The notes: generated from the letters alone by a model not told the origin. 64,000 nt of DNA from Candidatus Melainabacteria bacterium (GCA_023250195.1 JAHFBF010000001.1:273907-337906); one strand, 5' to 3'. Shown: positions 12,785-22,889, counted from the first letter of the stretch. Program-made: numbers and translations.

Positions 12785-13315
12785 ATGAGCTATAAAATAA
12801 GACTTATTGAATCAAGAGACAACAAGCAAATTGAAGAAATTATTCTAAAAGTTTCAGAGGAATATGGCACTTATGATCCTAAATCAAAATCTGGCACTGG
12901 CGCAGGAGCTGGAGATCCAGAATTGAAAGATATTTACTCAGCCTATAATCTAAAAGGAAGCAAATATTGGGTAATAGAAGATGAGGCTTGCAAGATCGTT
13001 GGCGGCGGTGGTTACACCAGGCTAAAGGGGACTACTGAAGATGATAGAGTTTGTGAGATGCAAAAATTATTTATTCTCCCAGAAGCAAGAGGAAAAGATT
13101 TAGGCAAAAAACTTGTTGAATTGTTTTTAAGTGAAGCAGCAAGAGATGGATATAAGGAAATGTATCTTGAGACAGTAAAACAGATGAAAGAAGCAACAAA
13201 ACTCTATGAAAGATATGGTTTTAAACATTTAGCAGAATCTAAAGGAAGCACAGGTCATTTTCAATGTTCGGTTTTTATGACTAAAGAATTAAATGTCACA
13301 AGCAAGCTAAAATAG
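12785..13315 (+). CDS. GNAT acetyltransferase (YjgM-like)
   Basis: IVGGGG, CEMQKLFILPEARGKDLG, MYLET, LYERYGF, TGHFQC. Confidence 0.85.
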   Translation: MSYKIRLIESRDNKQIEEIILKVSEEYGTYDPKSKSGTGAGAGDPELKDIYSAYNLKGSKYWVIEDEACKIVGGGGYTRLKGTTEDDRVCEMQKLFILPEARGKDLGKKLVELFLSEAARDGYKEMYLETVKQMKEATKLYERYGFKHLAESKGSTGHFQCSVFMTKELNVTSKLK

Positions 13316-13379
13316 GCAAAGTCACACAAATCCTATAGCTGCAAGGACAATTTACTTTTTCAGAATAATTACCAATTTT

Positions 13380-13658
13380 TTATTTAACTTCAATCTTATT
13401 TTGAATTTTGGGAGAATGAGTTATGCCTAACATTCCTGGCAAATCATCCTGAAGTTCAATTAAAGGTTGTTGAGCAAGCTGTTTAACGTAGTAAGTATCA
13501 CTTCGTCCTCTTAAAATTACAGATGTATCTCCATTTGTACCTTCTATTTGAACGTCAAGATCTTTAACTCTAGTACTTGTTCTTATATTAACTTGTCTTC
13601 TTAGGAATTCAGCTACTTCAACAACGTTTCCTACTGTAGGTTTAAAATCTATTTGCAT
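13380..13658 (-). CDS. Small BON-domain-like protein
   Basis: VILRGRSDTYYVKQLAQ ... IQNKIEV resembles single BON domains. Confidence 0.55.
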   Translation of the reverse strand: MQIDFKPTVGNVVEVAEFLRRQVNIRTSTRVKDLDVQIEGTNGDTSVILRGRSDTYYVKQLAQQPLIELQDDLPGMLGITHSPKIQNKIEVK

Positions 13659-13765
13659 CTTTTAATCTCTCTATAAATATGCCCCATTGCAAGCCTTAAA
13701 TATAAAAGATAAGAACAAAATCTAAAGATTTCTTTATAAAGTTTTAATTATTAAATTATTGGAAC

Positions 13766-13799
13766 AAAAAAAAACGCAAGACTTTCATCCTGCGTTTTT
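13766..13799 (-). terminator. Intrinsic terminator (possibly bidirectional)
   Basis: Minus strand aaaaacgcagg-atgaaagt-cttgcg followed by T9, just downstream of 13822-14508. Confidence 0.75.
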
Positions 13800-13821
13800 G
13801 TAAGACACTATTATGTACTAT

Positions 13822-14508
13822 TTATTTGCGTTTGCGGCTTTGAAAATCATCATAGATTTTTTTTACTATATCGCCGGCTACATCTCTTCCGCCAAGACCA
13901 AATGCTAAAACACCGGTTGCAACAATACCCGTAAATAGTATCTCAACCAATGGTCGTGAAATTTGGAGTTGATTCATTGCAGCAAGAATTGCAAATGTAA
14001 AAATTGCAAATCTTGCAATTCCTGACAAATAACCAAGTTCATCTTTAAATGAAGTGGTAATCAGGTTTGCTACAAAGGTTGCAAGCAGTGATGCTACAAG
14101 CAGAATAGCTACAGCTACAAATACATTCGGCAGATAAAGTAAAACTTCATTAAAAAAGTCAGTTATCTGAGGCATATTTGCTACATCTGCTGCAGCAATA
14201 AAAACAATAATCAAAATAAACCATTTTACAAGTTCACCAAATAATTTGGATGTACTTATTTTTATACCAAGGTTTTCTGATACCGGATAAAGAACTGTCT
14301 TTTCAAGAGCAGTATCGATTTTTAATTTTTTAATCCCGCTGCCAACAATGCCGCCTAATAACATTGCAATTATTGAACCTACAATTAAAATTAAAATTGC
14401 CCCTATTATGTTTGGTAATGTCGACGATAATTTTTCCAATAGTGTTGTCAGCGCTGATTGCAGAGCTGATGTCCAATCAAGTATCATGTGCTTTGTTCCT
14501 TCCATCAT
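13822..14508 (-). CDS. TM-helix repeat membrane protein (MscS/CmpX-like)
   Basis: LPNIIGAILIL and YLPNVFVAVAIL repeats; AFGLGGRD C-terminal motif. Confidence 0.8.
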   Translation of the reverse strand: MMEGTKHMILDWTSALQSALTTLLEKLSSTLPNIIGAILILIVGSIIAMLLGGIVGSGIKKLKIDTALEKTVLYPVSENLGIKISTSKLFGELVKWFILIIVFIAAADVANMPQITDFFNEVLLYLPNVFVAVAILLVASLLATFVANLITTSFKDELGYLSGIARFAIFTFAILAAMNQLQISRPLVEILFTGIVATGVLAFGLGGRDVAGDIVKKIYDDFQSRKRK

Positions 14509-14722
14509 ATTTTTCTCCCCTGGTATCTAGTGAAGATAATAGAAATGACTTGTTCCTCAAATATTTATACAAAGGTCTAAATGTAATGATTTAAATCAAA
14601 ATTTAAGGATTATCTTAATTGTTCTGTCTGTTAAAAATTTTACTGTTGATATGAAGGATCTACTACATTAAATCTAAGAACCGGATTTTCACCATTCATA
14701 AGTGGCTTGCTAATTTAGGTAA

Positions 14723-15784
14723 TCATACCCCACTTATTAAAACTCTACCAAGACCAACTTGATCTCCAGGTTCAATTCCTCCTTGTGCATCAAGATCAAA
14801 TCTAGCTCCTCCTGTTGGTGGAACCCATCTAATTTCAATTTGACCACCTTGTCCTGCAAAAACAACCATATGACCATGTCCTGGAATTCCACTTTGATCT
14901 GTATAGAGAACTGACCCAGGTGGATATGTCCCTGGTGCTGCTTCACCTAAAACCCTAGTCCACAATAATCTATTAGTTTGTTCAAGGCAACGTGTAAGCC
15001 CTTCGCTTCCCTCTCCTGTAAACCTAGAACGACAGAGTGCCATAGATGTCTGAGTAGCTATAAGTCTTGGATCAAATGGGGTATCTTCACGGGTACTTGC
15101 CATAAGAATTTCATTAAATTTATCATTGAATTCCTGTTCATTAATATAGTGACTACCAGTGGATTCTTGATATTCCTGCCTTGCCTGCATATAAAGTGCA
15201 GTATATTCCTGTGTAGAGATAAATAGTATTCCCTGTGGATCATTAGTCCATGCCCTGTGAAAATTTTGTCTTAAGTTTCTTTGCCAACCTTCTGGCCAAC
15301 GAGTCAACTTATTGTCATCTGCGTTTAACGATATACCACCCAAGTGTTGAATTATATTTTGCCTTCCAGTAGCACCAACATTAAACGTTGTATTCCTATT
15401 AGTTGAATACCAGTTAATTTGAGCATTAATTACAGGATCTGCTCGAAGAGGATGGTTAGTAGCCATTTGAGTTGCAAGATTCCTAAAAAATCGCGCTCGT
15501 TGCGCTTCGTCAGGAATTAACTCATTAATATTTAAAAGTATTTGTCTTTGAGCTTCAAGAAGTTGATCTCTATTTGGAGTACTATTATCAATTCTTGCAG
15601 TAACGATATTTAATAAAGCAGAAATCTCTGCATTAGTATCAATCGCACCACTATTATCTCCACCCTGAAATGAATCTACACTAGAAATTGCTTGAGCTAC
15701 ATTTCCACCTCTAAGTGCTGCACCTACTTGAGTTAATAAAGTGATTTGCTGTGGTGATAACCTTGGGCCAACTGGCGGTGGCAT
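14723..15784 (-). CDS. Hypothetical protein
   Basis: 353-aa ORF, no recognisable motif. Confidence 0.6.
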   Translation of the reverse strand: MPPPVGPRLSPQQITLLTQVGAALRGGNVAQAISSVDSFQGGDNSGAIDTNAEISALLNIVTARIDNSTPNRDQLLEAQRQILLNINELIPDEAQRARFFRNLATQMATNHPLRADPVINAQINWYSTNRNTTFNVGATGRQNIIQHLGGISLNADDNKLTRWPEGWQRNLRQNFHRAWTNDPQGILFISTQEYTALYMQARQEYQESTGSHYINEQEFNDKFNEILMASTREDTPFDPRLIATQTSMALCRSRFTGEGSEGLTRCLEQTNRLLWTRVLGEAAPGTYPPGSVLYTDQSGIPGHGHMVVFAGQGGQIEIRWVPPTGGARFDLDAQGGIEPGDQVGLGRVLISGV

Positions 15785-16061
15785 ATTATTCGATTTGATT
15801 TTACTAAAATTCTAAGACCAAATCCCCCCATTTATAAGCTCTCTTATTGAATCATTTTAAAAAGATTCTTATTACCTCTGTACCTACTTAAATCGACCAA
15901 TAAACAGATTTCCCGGCTTTATCAATCACTTGAATGAGATCCAAAAAGGGCTAGCTCTACACTCTACACAAAATTTTGAATTAACTATTCTAAGTAAAAG
16001 TTTATTTCTGGGACAAATGACCTTCTTATTAAAACCTCCTGTAAACCTCTTAACAAGCGGT

Positions 16062-16475
16062 TTACTCTTGACATATATGAGCCATAATTTTCTTAAAATC
16101 ATTAATGTTATTTGGCTTCCTAATATAGAAGTCTGCACCATTCTGATAACAGTAATTCATGTCAGAGGATGAATCGGAACTTGTAAAAACCACTGTAGGA
16201 ACTGCTTTAATAGACTTATTTGATTTTATCTTTTTCAGGACTTCAAGTCCGGTAACCTTTGGCAGATTAATATCAAGCAAAATCAAATTCGGCAGTTTCT
16301 CTTTTTCATTCACAAGTTTCATTAAATAGCTGACACCTTCTTCTCCGTTATTAACTACAGAAATGTTACTTTTAATGTTTGCTTTTTTAATTGCAAGCTC
16401 AATTAAAAAGACATCATCAGAATTATCCTCGATAAGTAGTATGTCATAAGTTTTATTATCTATATTTTTTAGCAT
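16062..16475 (-). CDS. Single-domain response regulator (Rcp1-like)
   Basis: ILLIEDNSDD, LILLDINLP, FTSS, GADFYIRKP. Confidence 0.9.
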   Translation of the reverse strand: MLKNIDNKTYDILLIEDNSDDVFLIELAIKKANIKSNISVVNNGEEGVSYLMKLVNEKEKLPNLILLDINLPKVTGLEVLKKIKSNKSIKAVPTVVFTSSDSSSDMNYCYQNGADFYIRKPNNINDFKKIMAHICQE

Positions 16476-16480
16476 TAGTT

Positions 16481-16513
16481 TTAGAGATGAGAGATCAGAG
16501 GTCAGAGATCAGA
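16481..16513 (+). repeat. Heptamer tandem array (TCAGAGA-like x5), downstream arm of four-helix-bundle gene
   Basis: ttagaga tgagaga tcagagg tcagaga tcaga. Confidence 0.85.
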
Positions 16514-16920
16514 TTTTTAGATTTCATTAATTTTTCTGTTGAATTAATAAATCCATTAAGAATTCTTCTTGTTTCATCAATTTGAGTTTTCACATTGTCA
16601 AACACTTCTAAACTTAGATATCCTATGTCCATCGCAAGTAAACAAAAATTCTCAACTTCATATAAAGAACCTCTAGAAATGTATAAGAATCTGATTCTTT
16701 CTTTATAAGAATATCTTCCCATTCCTTCTGCAATATTTGCAGTAATAGACATAACTGCTCTTCTTATTTGACTAACCAAACCAAATAATTCATCTTTTGG
16801 AAAATCCTTTGTCAATTTATAAATTTCCAATGATAATTTGTGTCCATGTTTCCAAGCATCTATATCTGTAAAATATTCTATCTTCTTACTTGTTCTGGTT
16901 TCCAAAATTTCATTTCTCAT
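16495..16920 (-). CDS. Four-helix-bundle protein (23S rRNA IVS protein/Avd-like family)
   Basis: [53 protein letters not shown]. Confidence 0.93.
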   Translation of the reverse strand: MRNEILETRTSKKIEYFTDIDAWKHGHKLSLEIYKLTKDFPKDELFGLVSQIRRAVMSITANIAEGMGRYSYKERIRFLYISRGSLYEVENFCLLAMDIGYLSLEVFDNVKTQIDETRRILNGFINSTEKLMKSKNLISDL

Positions 16921-16947
16921 CTCTGATCTCCCATCTCTGATCTCTGA
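16913..16947 (-). repeat. Heptamer tandem array (TCAGAGA-like x5 on minus strand), upstream arm
   Basis: Plus strand tttctca tctctga tctccca tctctga tctctga; inverted relative to 16481-16513. Confidence 0.85.
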
Positions 16948-18278
16948 ACTAAAGTAAAGAAAAATTTGCTTCCTTTATTTGATTCTGACTGAAGCCATAT
17001 CTCACAATTATATTTTTCAAGTATTTTTTTTACAATTGCAAGCCCTGCACCTGTTCCTTCATATTCTTCCTGAGTGTGTAACCTTTGAAACAAATCAAAG
17101 ATTTTATCGTGATATTCCCTATCAATCCCAATTCCATTATCTTCAATACAAATGCAAACTTTATCAGAAGGAATTAAGCGGTCACCCACCATACTGATTT
17201 GAACGAGTGGTTTATTTGATTTATTAAACTTTATTCCATTGGAAATCAAATTCTTAAATATTGATTTTATCTTTTCTTTATTACCAATTACTGAAGGTAA
17301 TTTATTCAGCGCGATTACATCTGCATTTCTTTTTTGAATATAAGCAGTCAATTCAAAATTTACTTCCGTTAACAGCATGTTTAAATTCACGATTTCATGT
17401 TCTTTATCTTTCACCCCTCTTGTAGCTCTTGCAAGATTAGTTAAATCCTCTATCAGATTTCTCATCCTCTGAGTAGCTTTTACTATCCGAGAAAGACAAT
17501 CGCCTTGTTTTGGATTTAACTTTGATGTCCCCGGATCATCCTGAATCACACTTACAAAGCTTTCAATAGTTCTTAAAGGCTCTCGCAAATCGTGAGATGC
17601 AATATAAACAAATAAATCCAGTTCTTGATTTACCTGCTTTAAAATATCATTTGCCTGAGCAAGTTCTTTTTCAGACTTTTTTGCAGCTTCTAAAAGATAG
17701 TTTTTTTCAATTGTATTTGTAATTATATTTGCAGTAGTTCTCATGAATGAGAGTTCTTCATCATCAAAAGCATGAGGAGCCACATAATATTTTGTAATTG
17801 TACCTACAGCTTTGTCATTAACTATTATTGGAACAGCTGCAACAGAAACCACCTTCTTTGGTTTTATCGTATCCATGAAATACTTGGAAAAACTCATGTT
17901 CATTTGATCCATATTCTTAATAAGGACAATTTGTTTTTTTAGTATTGCCCGTGCTGAAGGCCAATTATCACGAATATCTCTCGAATAAAGATTTAAAATC
18001 TTTTCTTTATTTCTTATTTCTTTATACTCCTCCGGAAGACCATATGTTGCTTCTACGCATAACTGGTTATCAGGATCCTTTACAAGAAACACCAACCCAT
18101 AATCAGCATCAGTAAGCTCACAAAAAGGCTGAAGAACTTTATGCGCTGCAAGTGCCAGATCAGAAGTAAACAAATCTGAGCAGGTATTTGAAATCTCTTC
18201 TATTGCTTTTAGTCTTTTAAGAGTTTTTTCTAAATTTGTTTGCTTTAATTCAAATTTTTGCTTTGTGACTAATTGCAT
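16917..18278 (-). CDS. GAF-domain sensor histidine kinase
   Basis: GAF-like N-terminus; [11 protein letters not shown]-box, [32 protein letters not shown]. Confidence 0.92.
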   Translation of the reverse strand: MQLVTKQKFELKQTNLEKTLKRLKAIEEISNTCSDLFTSDLALAAHKVLQPFCELTDADYGLVFLVKDPDNQLCVEATYGLPEEYKEIRNKEKILNLYSRDIRDNWPSARAILKKQIVLIKNMDQMNMSFSKYFMDTIKPKKVVSVAAVPIIVNDKAVGTITKYYVAPHAFDDEELSFMRTTANIITNTIEKNYLLEAAKKSEKELAQANDILKQVNQELDLFVYIASHDLREPLRTIESFVSVIQDDPGTSKLNPKQGDCLSRIVKATQRMRNLIEDLTNLARATRGVKDKEHEIVNLNMLLTEVNFELTAYIQKRNADVIALNKLPSVIGNKEKIKSIFKNLISNGIKFNKSNKPLVQISMVGDRLIPSDKVCICIEDNGIGIDREYHDKIFDLFQRLHTQEEYEGTGAGLAIVKKILEKYNCEIWLQSESNKGSKFFFTLVQRSEMGDQR

Positions 18279-18284
18279 TTTTTC

Positions 18285-18346
18285 TTTTTATAATGCTTCA
18301 GACAAATTGAAGCTTCCATCGGGTAAACCGAACAAATCCTTCAAGG
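18285..18346 (+). repeat. Family E element, internally deleted copy 6
   Basis: gcttcag-acaaa-ttgaagc-ttcc then tcgg-gtaaa-ccga-a-caaatcc; abuts the kinase ATG. Confidence 0.6.
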
Positions 18347-18385
18347 ATAAAAACGTAAGAACTTTTACTGCACAGTGTAAGAATC

Positions 18386-18402
18386 AGCATAAAGCGTTCC
18401 AG
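18386..18402 (-). promoter_or_regulatory. Candidate sigma54 (-24/-12) promoter
   Basis: CTGGAACGCTTTATGCT: GG-N10-GC spacing, close to YTGGCACG-N4-TTGCW, upstream of the kinase operon. Confidence 0.35.
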
Positions 18403-18648
18403 CCTTCTTTGGGTTAAACAGATTTAACCGATTTACAGTAAAAGTATTAGAAGTTTATGAATCTCATTACAATTTTTTAAATCCCATACTTTACCGGGTT
18501 GCAGTTAACTATTGAAAATTCTATACTCAAGGTACGAGTACAATTTATTAACCTTTCCTGAGATTATTTTGAATTGATATTATCTTGCGATTCAAAATCT
18601 TCAAAAGGCCCAAAAAGGACATTTCAGGCCTACTAACAGAGCTTCATT

Positions 18649-19842
18649 ATGAATATAAAAAAAGGCAGTCAGTCTAAGAAGAAAAAGACAAAACTGCTTA
18701 TTGTAGATGACAACAGCAATAACAGAGCAGCAATAAGTTATTGGCTTGGAGAAGAAAATTATGAAATACTTCATGCATCAAACGGTATAAGTGCATTAAA
18801 AATTTGTGCAACTTTCATTCCAGACATTATATTGCTTGATTACAATCTCCCCGATTTAGATGGTATAGAAGTATGTCAGAAAATCAGAACAAATAAAACT
18901 CTTCCTTTTATACCAATCATTATGATGAGTTCATATGCACCTGAAGCAAATGTCATTGCTCTGGAACAGGGAGCAGATGAGTTTATAGAAATGCCTATTC
19001 AATCAACAGAATTAAAGTCACGTATTAAAGCAATGCTTCGATTAAAAGAAGCTATTTCTGAATCTTCAGAACTCAGCAAAGAAAATAAAAAACTTCAGGA
19101 ACTCGACATAATCAAGTCAAATTTCATATCAAAAGTTTCACATGAATTAAAGACTCCGCTTCAGGCAATATTAGGCTATGCCGACATACTTTTAGGAGGA
19201 CTACAGGGAGAATTAAACTATCCTCAGAAATTAATGACAAAACAAATTCAAAATGCAGGAGAACAATTGCTTAATTTAATTACTCAATTATTGGATTTCG
19301 ATAATACAGAGAAGAATGGAGATACTACTTCATTTGAAATATTAAATGTAGAGGAAATATTCAACTATCTATCTCAGGTAACTACTCCACTTGCAATGAA
19401 AAAAAATATTAATATGAACTTTGTGCTGGAAGATAAAAACATACAGCTTGAATCAGATAAAAACATGGTCCAAAAAATATTGTTGAATATAATTTCCAAC
19501 TCAATTAAATTCTCAAACGAAAATACAAAAGTTTTAATTTCTGTAAAAGATCATCAGGATTTATTTATAGAATTTAAGATTCAGGACGAAGGGATCGGGA
19601 TTTCAAAGTCAAACATTTCATACATATTTGACAGCTTCTGGCAGGTAGATGACTCTATTACAAGATCTTATGGTGGTCTTGGCATTGGACTTGCACTGGC
19701 AAAAAAACTGGTGATTTTACTCGGAGGGCAAATACTTGTTGAAAGCAAGCCTAATAAAGGTTCAACGTTTAGAGTTTTAATTCCAAAAGAATTTAAAGCC
19801 TCAACTTCAATTTCTTTACTATCATTACAAAATGCTATTTAG
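18649..19842 (+). CDS. Hybrid receiver-histidine kinase
   Basis: LLIVDDN, ILLDYNLP; VSHELKTPL, NSIKFS, DEGIGI, GGLGIGLA. Confidence 0.92.
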   Translation: MNIKKGSQSKKKKTKLLIVDDNSNNRAAISYWLGEENYEILHASNGISALKICATFIPDIILLDYNLPDLDGIEVCQKIRTNKTLPFIPIIMMSSYAPEANVIALEQGADEFIEMPIQSTELKSRIKAMLRLKEAISESSELSKENKKLQELDIIKSNFISKVSHELKTPLQAILGYADILLGGLQGELNYPQKLMTKQIQNAGEQLLNLITQLLDFDNTEKNGDTTSFEILNVEEIFNYLSQVTTPLAMKKNINMNFVLEDKNIQLESDKNMVQKILLNIISNSIKFSNENTKVLISVKDHQDLFIEFKIQDEGIGISKSNISYIFDSFWQVDDSITRSYGGLGIGLALAKKLVILLGGQILVESKPNKGSTFRVLIPKEFKASTSISLLSLQNAI

Positions 19843-19846
19843 CAAT

Positions 19847-19937
19847 TCACGTCATTGCGAGCTGAATGAAATGAGGCATAGCAATCTCCTGACGTTTTGG
19901 AGATTCCCACGTCGCTTCGCTCCTCGGAATGACGTGA
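19847..19937. repeat. GTCATTGCGAG-type composite palindrome
   Basis: tcacgtcattgcgag...gcaatctcc..ggagatt...ctcggaatgacgtga. Confidence 0.85.
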
Positions 19938-19966
19938 TATATTGGTTTATTTTTCACGTTTGGTCT

Positions 19967-20012
19967 GAGATCCTTCATCACTACCGTTCCTCAGGATGAC
20001 ACTTCGTGTCAT
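19967..20012. repeat. Half GTCATCCTGA-type palindrome plus TGACACGAAGTGTCA junction hairpin
   Basis: gagatccttc...tcaggatgac followed by acttcgtgtcat. Confidence 0.65.
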
Positions 20013-20245
20013 TTCCTGGTCATATTCCAGTCAATTGGGATATAGTTTCTTTTTGAACATTTGGGGCAGACATAAATAGGATCATTGTGACCTGCAATTA
20101 AAGGTCTTATAAAAGGATTTTTACAGCTTCCGCAAACCACTGAAATATCTCTCTTTGAGATAAACTCAAACTGCCCTGGCAATATAGCACTTCTTCTCTT
20201 TGCTATTTCTTCCCATTTCCTTATATCTTCTTCAGTTGGTTGCAT
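20009..20245 (-). CDS. Small zinc-ribbon protein
   Basis: CGSC..CPKC; ATG at 20245 preferred because the longer ORF runs into a repeat element. Confidence 0.65.
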   Translation of the reverse strand: MQPTEEDIRKWEEIAKRRSAILPGQFEFISKRDISVVCGSCKNPFIRPLIAGHNDPIYVCPKCSKRNYIPIDWNMTRK

Positions 20246-20251
20246 TTTTAA

Positions 20252-20350
20252 TATAACGCGAAACAACTGCTGACGCAGATTGTTTCGCTATTTCTCGGCA
20301 GCTCCCTTTCGACGTTCAGGTTTGCACTGACAGCAAACCTTCTCTTATAT
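20252..20350 (-). repeat. Two-hairpin leader element (family F), copy B
   Basis: Alignable to 12411-12505; ends 6 nt before ATG 20245. Confidence 0.65.
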
Positions 20351-20376
20351 AATAACTTACTACGTTAAATATTTAA

Positions 20377-21657
20377 ATGAACTTAAAAACACTACAAAAA
20401 AAATATAATTTATCTGATCTAGAATTATTTAGTCAGAATACCTCTAGTCATAAAATCTCTTTTACAGCAAATAAATTAAAACAAACAGAATCTACTTATA
20501 CTTCAGGAAATGCATTAAGACTTATAAAAAACAAAAAATTTGGATTTTCAGCAAATTATGGGAGATGTAATCTGGAAGAAATGCTTAATCAGGCACTTGA
20601 GGCTTCCAGCTTTTCCAAAGAAATTAATTTTGAACTACCGGATAAAATTCATAAATTTGAAGAAATTAAAACCAATAAAGAATCTTTATCTTCATATATA
20701 GAAAAGGGGAAAGAAATTATAGAAGAGATTTTATCTCAGGCTCCAAATGTACTTACAGATATCTCTTTCGAAATAAATGATATTAAAGAAAAGATTGAAA
20801 ATAGTAAGGATTTAAATTATTCTTACTCAAAAGAACTATATTCATTCTCAATTAACATTAAAGAAACTCTCGAAAATGATTTTTTTGATATTTATACTGC
20901 TTTCGTAGATGGTAGATTCCCTGACTGCAGAACTTACGCCAATGAACTTATTCAATACTATGAATTATCAAAAAAACATTCAAGAATAAAAAATGGTTCA
21001 TTTCCTGTTTTATTTACAAGCAAAGCAGCAAAAGAATTACTTGAAATAATAGAACTTGCATTAAACGGTAAACAGATAAACCAGAAATCCTCACCCTGGC
21101 ATAATATGCTTGGCAAAAAGATTTTAAGTGAACTAATTACAATCAGACAGGATCCTGCTTTTGGTTATATGGCAAGGTCAATAGACGATGAAGGAAGCCA
21201 AATAAAACCTTTGGTACTTATAAATAATGGTATATTAGAAAATTTTTATTTTGACTTATCCACCGGTAGAGACGCTATTAATCGCACCTCTACCGGGAAT
21301 GGTTTCAAATCATCCCTGACTTCTCAACCTGAGCCAGCACTGTTAAATATGATAATTTCAGCAGGCTCATCTTCCATAAATAAAATAATAAAAGACATTA
21401 ATTACGGTTTGTTGATTGATCAGACAATGGGCGGATTAACCACAAATATTTCAGGAGATTTGTCTGTTAATGTAGACATTGGATTTTTAATTGAAAAAGG
21501 AGAAATCACAGGCAGGGTAAAAGACACAATGGTTACAGGAAATATTTATTCTGCTTTAAACAATGTAGTTGAATTGTCAAATAATTTAAAACAACACTGG
21601 TCAAATGTTTATAATCCAGATATGTTGATTGATGGACTTACAATTACATCAAAGTAG
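20377..21657 (+). CDS. TldD/PmbA family protein (PmbA-like)
   Basis: DDEGS, LINNGILENFYFD, STGNG, NISGDLS, GFLIEKGEI, GNIYSAL; no HExxH. Confidence 0.85.
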   Translation: MNLKTLQKKYNLSDLELFSQNTSSHKISFTANKLKQTESTYTSGNALRLIKNKKFGFSANYGRCNLEEMLNQALEASSFSKEINFELPDKIHKFEEIKTNKESLSSYIEKGKEIIEEILSQAPNVLTDISFEINDIKEKIENSKDLNYSYSKELYSFSINIKETLENDFFDIYTAFVDGRFPDCRTYANELIQYYELSKKHSRIKNGSFPVLFTSKAAKELLEIIELALNGKQINQKSSPWHNMLGKKILSELITIRQDPAFGYMARSIDDEGSQIKPLVLINNGILENFYFDLSTGRDAINRTSTGNGFKSSLTSQPEPALLNMIISAGSSSINKIIKDINYGLLIDQTMGGLTTNISGDLSVNVDIGFLIEKGEITGRVKDTMVTGNIYSALNNVVELSNNLKQHWSNVYNPDMLIDGLTITSK

Positions 21658-21666
21658 AGGTTATTG

Positions 21667-22281
21667 CTATAAATTTAAATTTTTTTCAATAAGCCAGTTT
21701 CTTGCATTAATTGTAAAAGGATGAATCACTTTGTCTTTTTTAATTACCTCCAATATCTTTTGATCAATGGCATGTAACACGGCTTTTTCCAGTCCTTCTT
21801 TTTTAAAGATTTTTAGTACTGATTGAATACGCTTTTTATCCCTACCCGGTTCTGTAGAATCAGCAAGAAAAAGTAACATGACCAGTTTGCTCATTTTTGG
21901 CTCCCCTAAAGTATGACAGCGTATTCCACCTAAAACATCAGGATCTCTTACATTAAACTTTTCCTTTGCAATCACTGCCCCGACTCTTGCATGCAAAACA
22001 TGAGGATTCATAAAATCCACTTCATCCATTTTTATTTTTTTCCTTTTTGCAAATCGTAAAAGCTGAGCATTGGTCATTTCCTTGGCACAGTCATGAAGCC
22101 ATCCTGCAAGCTCTGCTTTGTAAAAATCTAATTTAAGTTTCTTCGCATATTTCTTTGCAGTTCTTGCAACTCTTAAAATATGGTTAAAACGTTTCTGGCT
22201 TACATTTTCCTTAAGCCAGGAAATAATTTCCGGCTTCAGTATTTCAAGTTGTTTTTTTGTTTTTTGATTTTTGTTAGCCAA
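21667..22281 (-). CDS. YqeK family HD hydrolase (Ap4A hydrolase)
   Basis: RFNHILRVA, AGWLHDCAKE, LHARVGA, IRCHTLG, LADSTEPGR. Confidence 0.88.
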   Translation of the reverse strand: MANKNQKTKKQLEILKPEIISWLKENVSQKRFNHILRVARTAKKYAKKLKLDFYKAELAGWLHDCAKEMTNAQLLRFAKRKKIKMDEVDFMNPHVLHARVGAVIAKEKFNVRDPDVLGGIRCHTLGEPKMSKLVMLLFLADSTEPGRDKKRIQSVLKIFKKEGLEKAVLHAIDQKILEVIKKDKVIHPFTINARNWLIEKNLNL

Positions 22282-22494
22282 AACTTTAGTCCTTATTGAG
22301 ATTATTCTATAAGGAATTTATTATTTATTGGACTTGTATAAAAAACATTCTGCATATCTCAAATTTTTACTGATTAAAACCTAAAGTATGCATATTGAGT
22401 GTTTTTTATGAGATTTAATCATTTTATTAACCGTTCAATAACCTGCATATGTTACTTATGTCAGGGTCAAACAAGAAAGAAGGGGACCATATAT

Positions 22495-22875
22495 ATGTCA
22501 GAAGCAGGAGTTACAACGATGTTTAGATCTTTATTTGCACCGGGAGAAAATCCTTGGGTTGCATCATTAATTACAAATCTTAGAATTCTATATAATCACA
22601 ATACTACGGCTGAGCAGCGAAAGGCAGTTATAAGACAGTTAGAATCTATACAAAATACTTATAACGACGAAGGACAAACACTTGATAGCCTAGTTGTTAA
22701 ACAACAAATACAACAATTGATTTACCTAACCAACGGTATTAATCCTCTCCTTGGTGATACTACACAGGGATTCTTTGATTTTTTAGCAACAGACAGACAG
22801 TCTGTTTGGCAAGGATTAAATGGCCTTATAAGAACACTTCAGGCAAATGAAGTAGCAATTGTTCTCGGGGTATAA
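22495..22875 (+). CDS. Hypothetical protein
   Basis: ATG 22495 preceded by AAGGGG; no recognisable motif. Confidence 0.55.
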   Translation: MSEAGVTTMFRSLFAPGENPWVASLITNLRILYNHNTTAEQRKAVIRQLESIQNTYNDEGQTLDSLVVKQQIQQLIYLTNGINPLLGDTTQGFFDFLATDRQSVWQGLNGLIRTLQANEVAIVLGV

Positions 22876-22889
22876 ATAGTACAGTATTT

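Noticed and set aside
16495..16920. Diversity-generating retroelement (Avd-like gene)
   Set aside because: No reverse transcriptase and no TR/VR pair seen in the window
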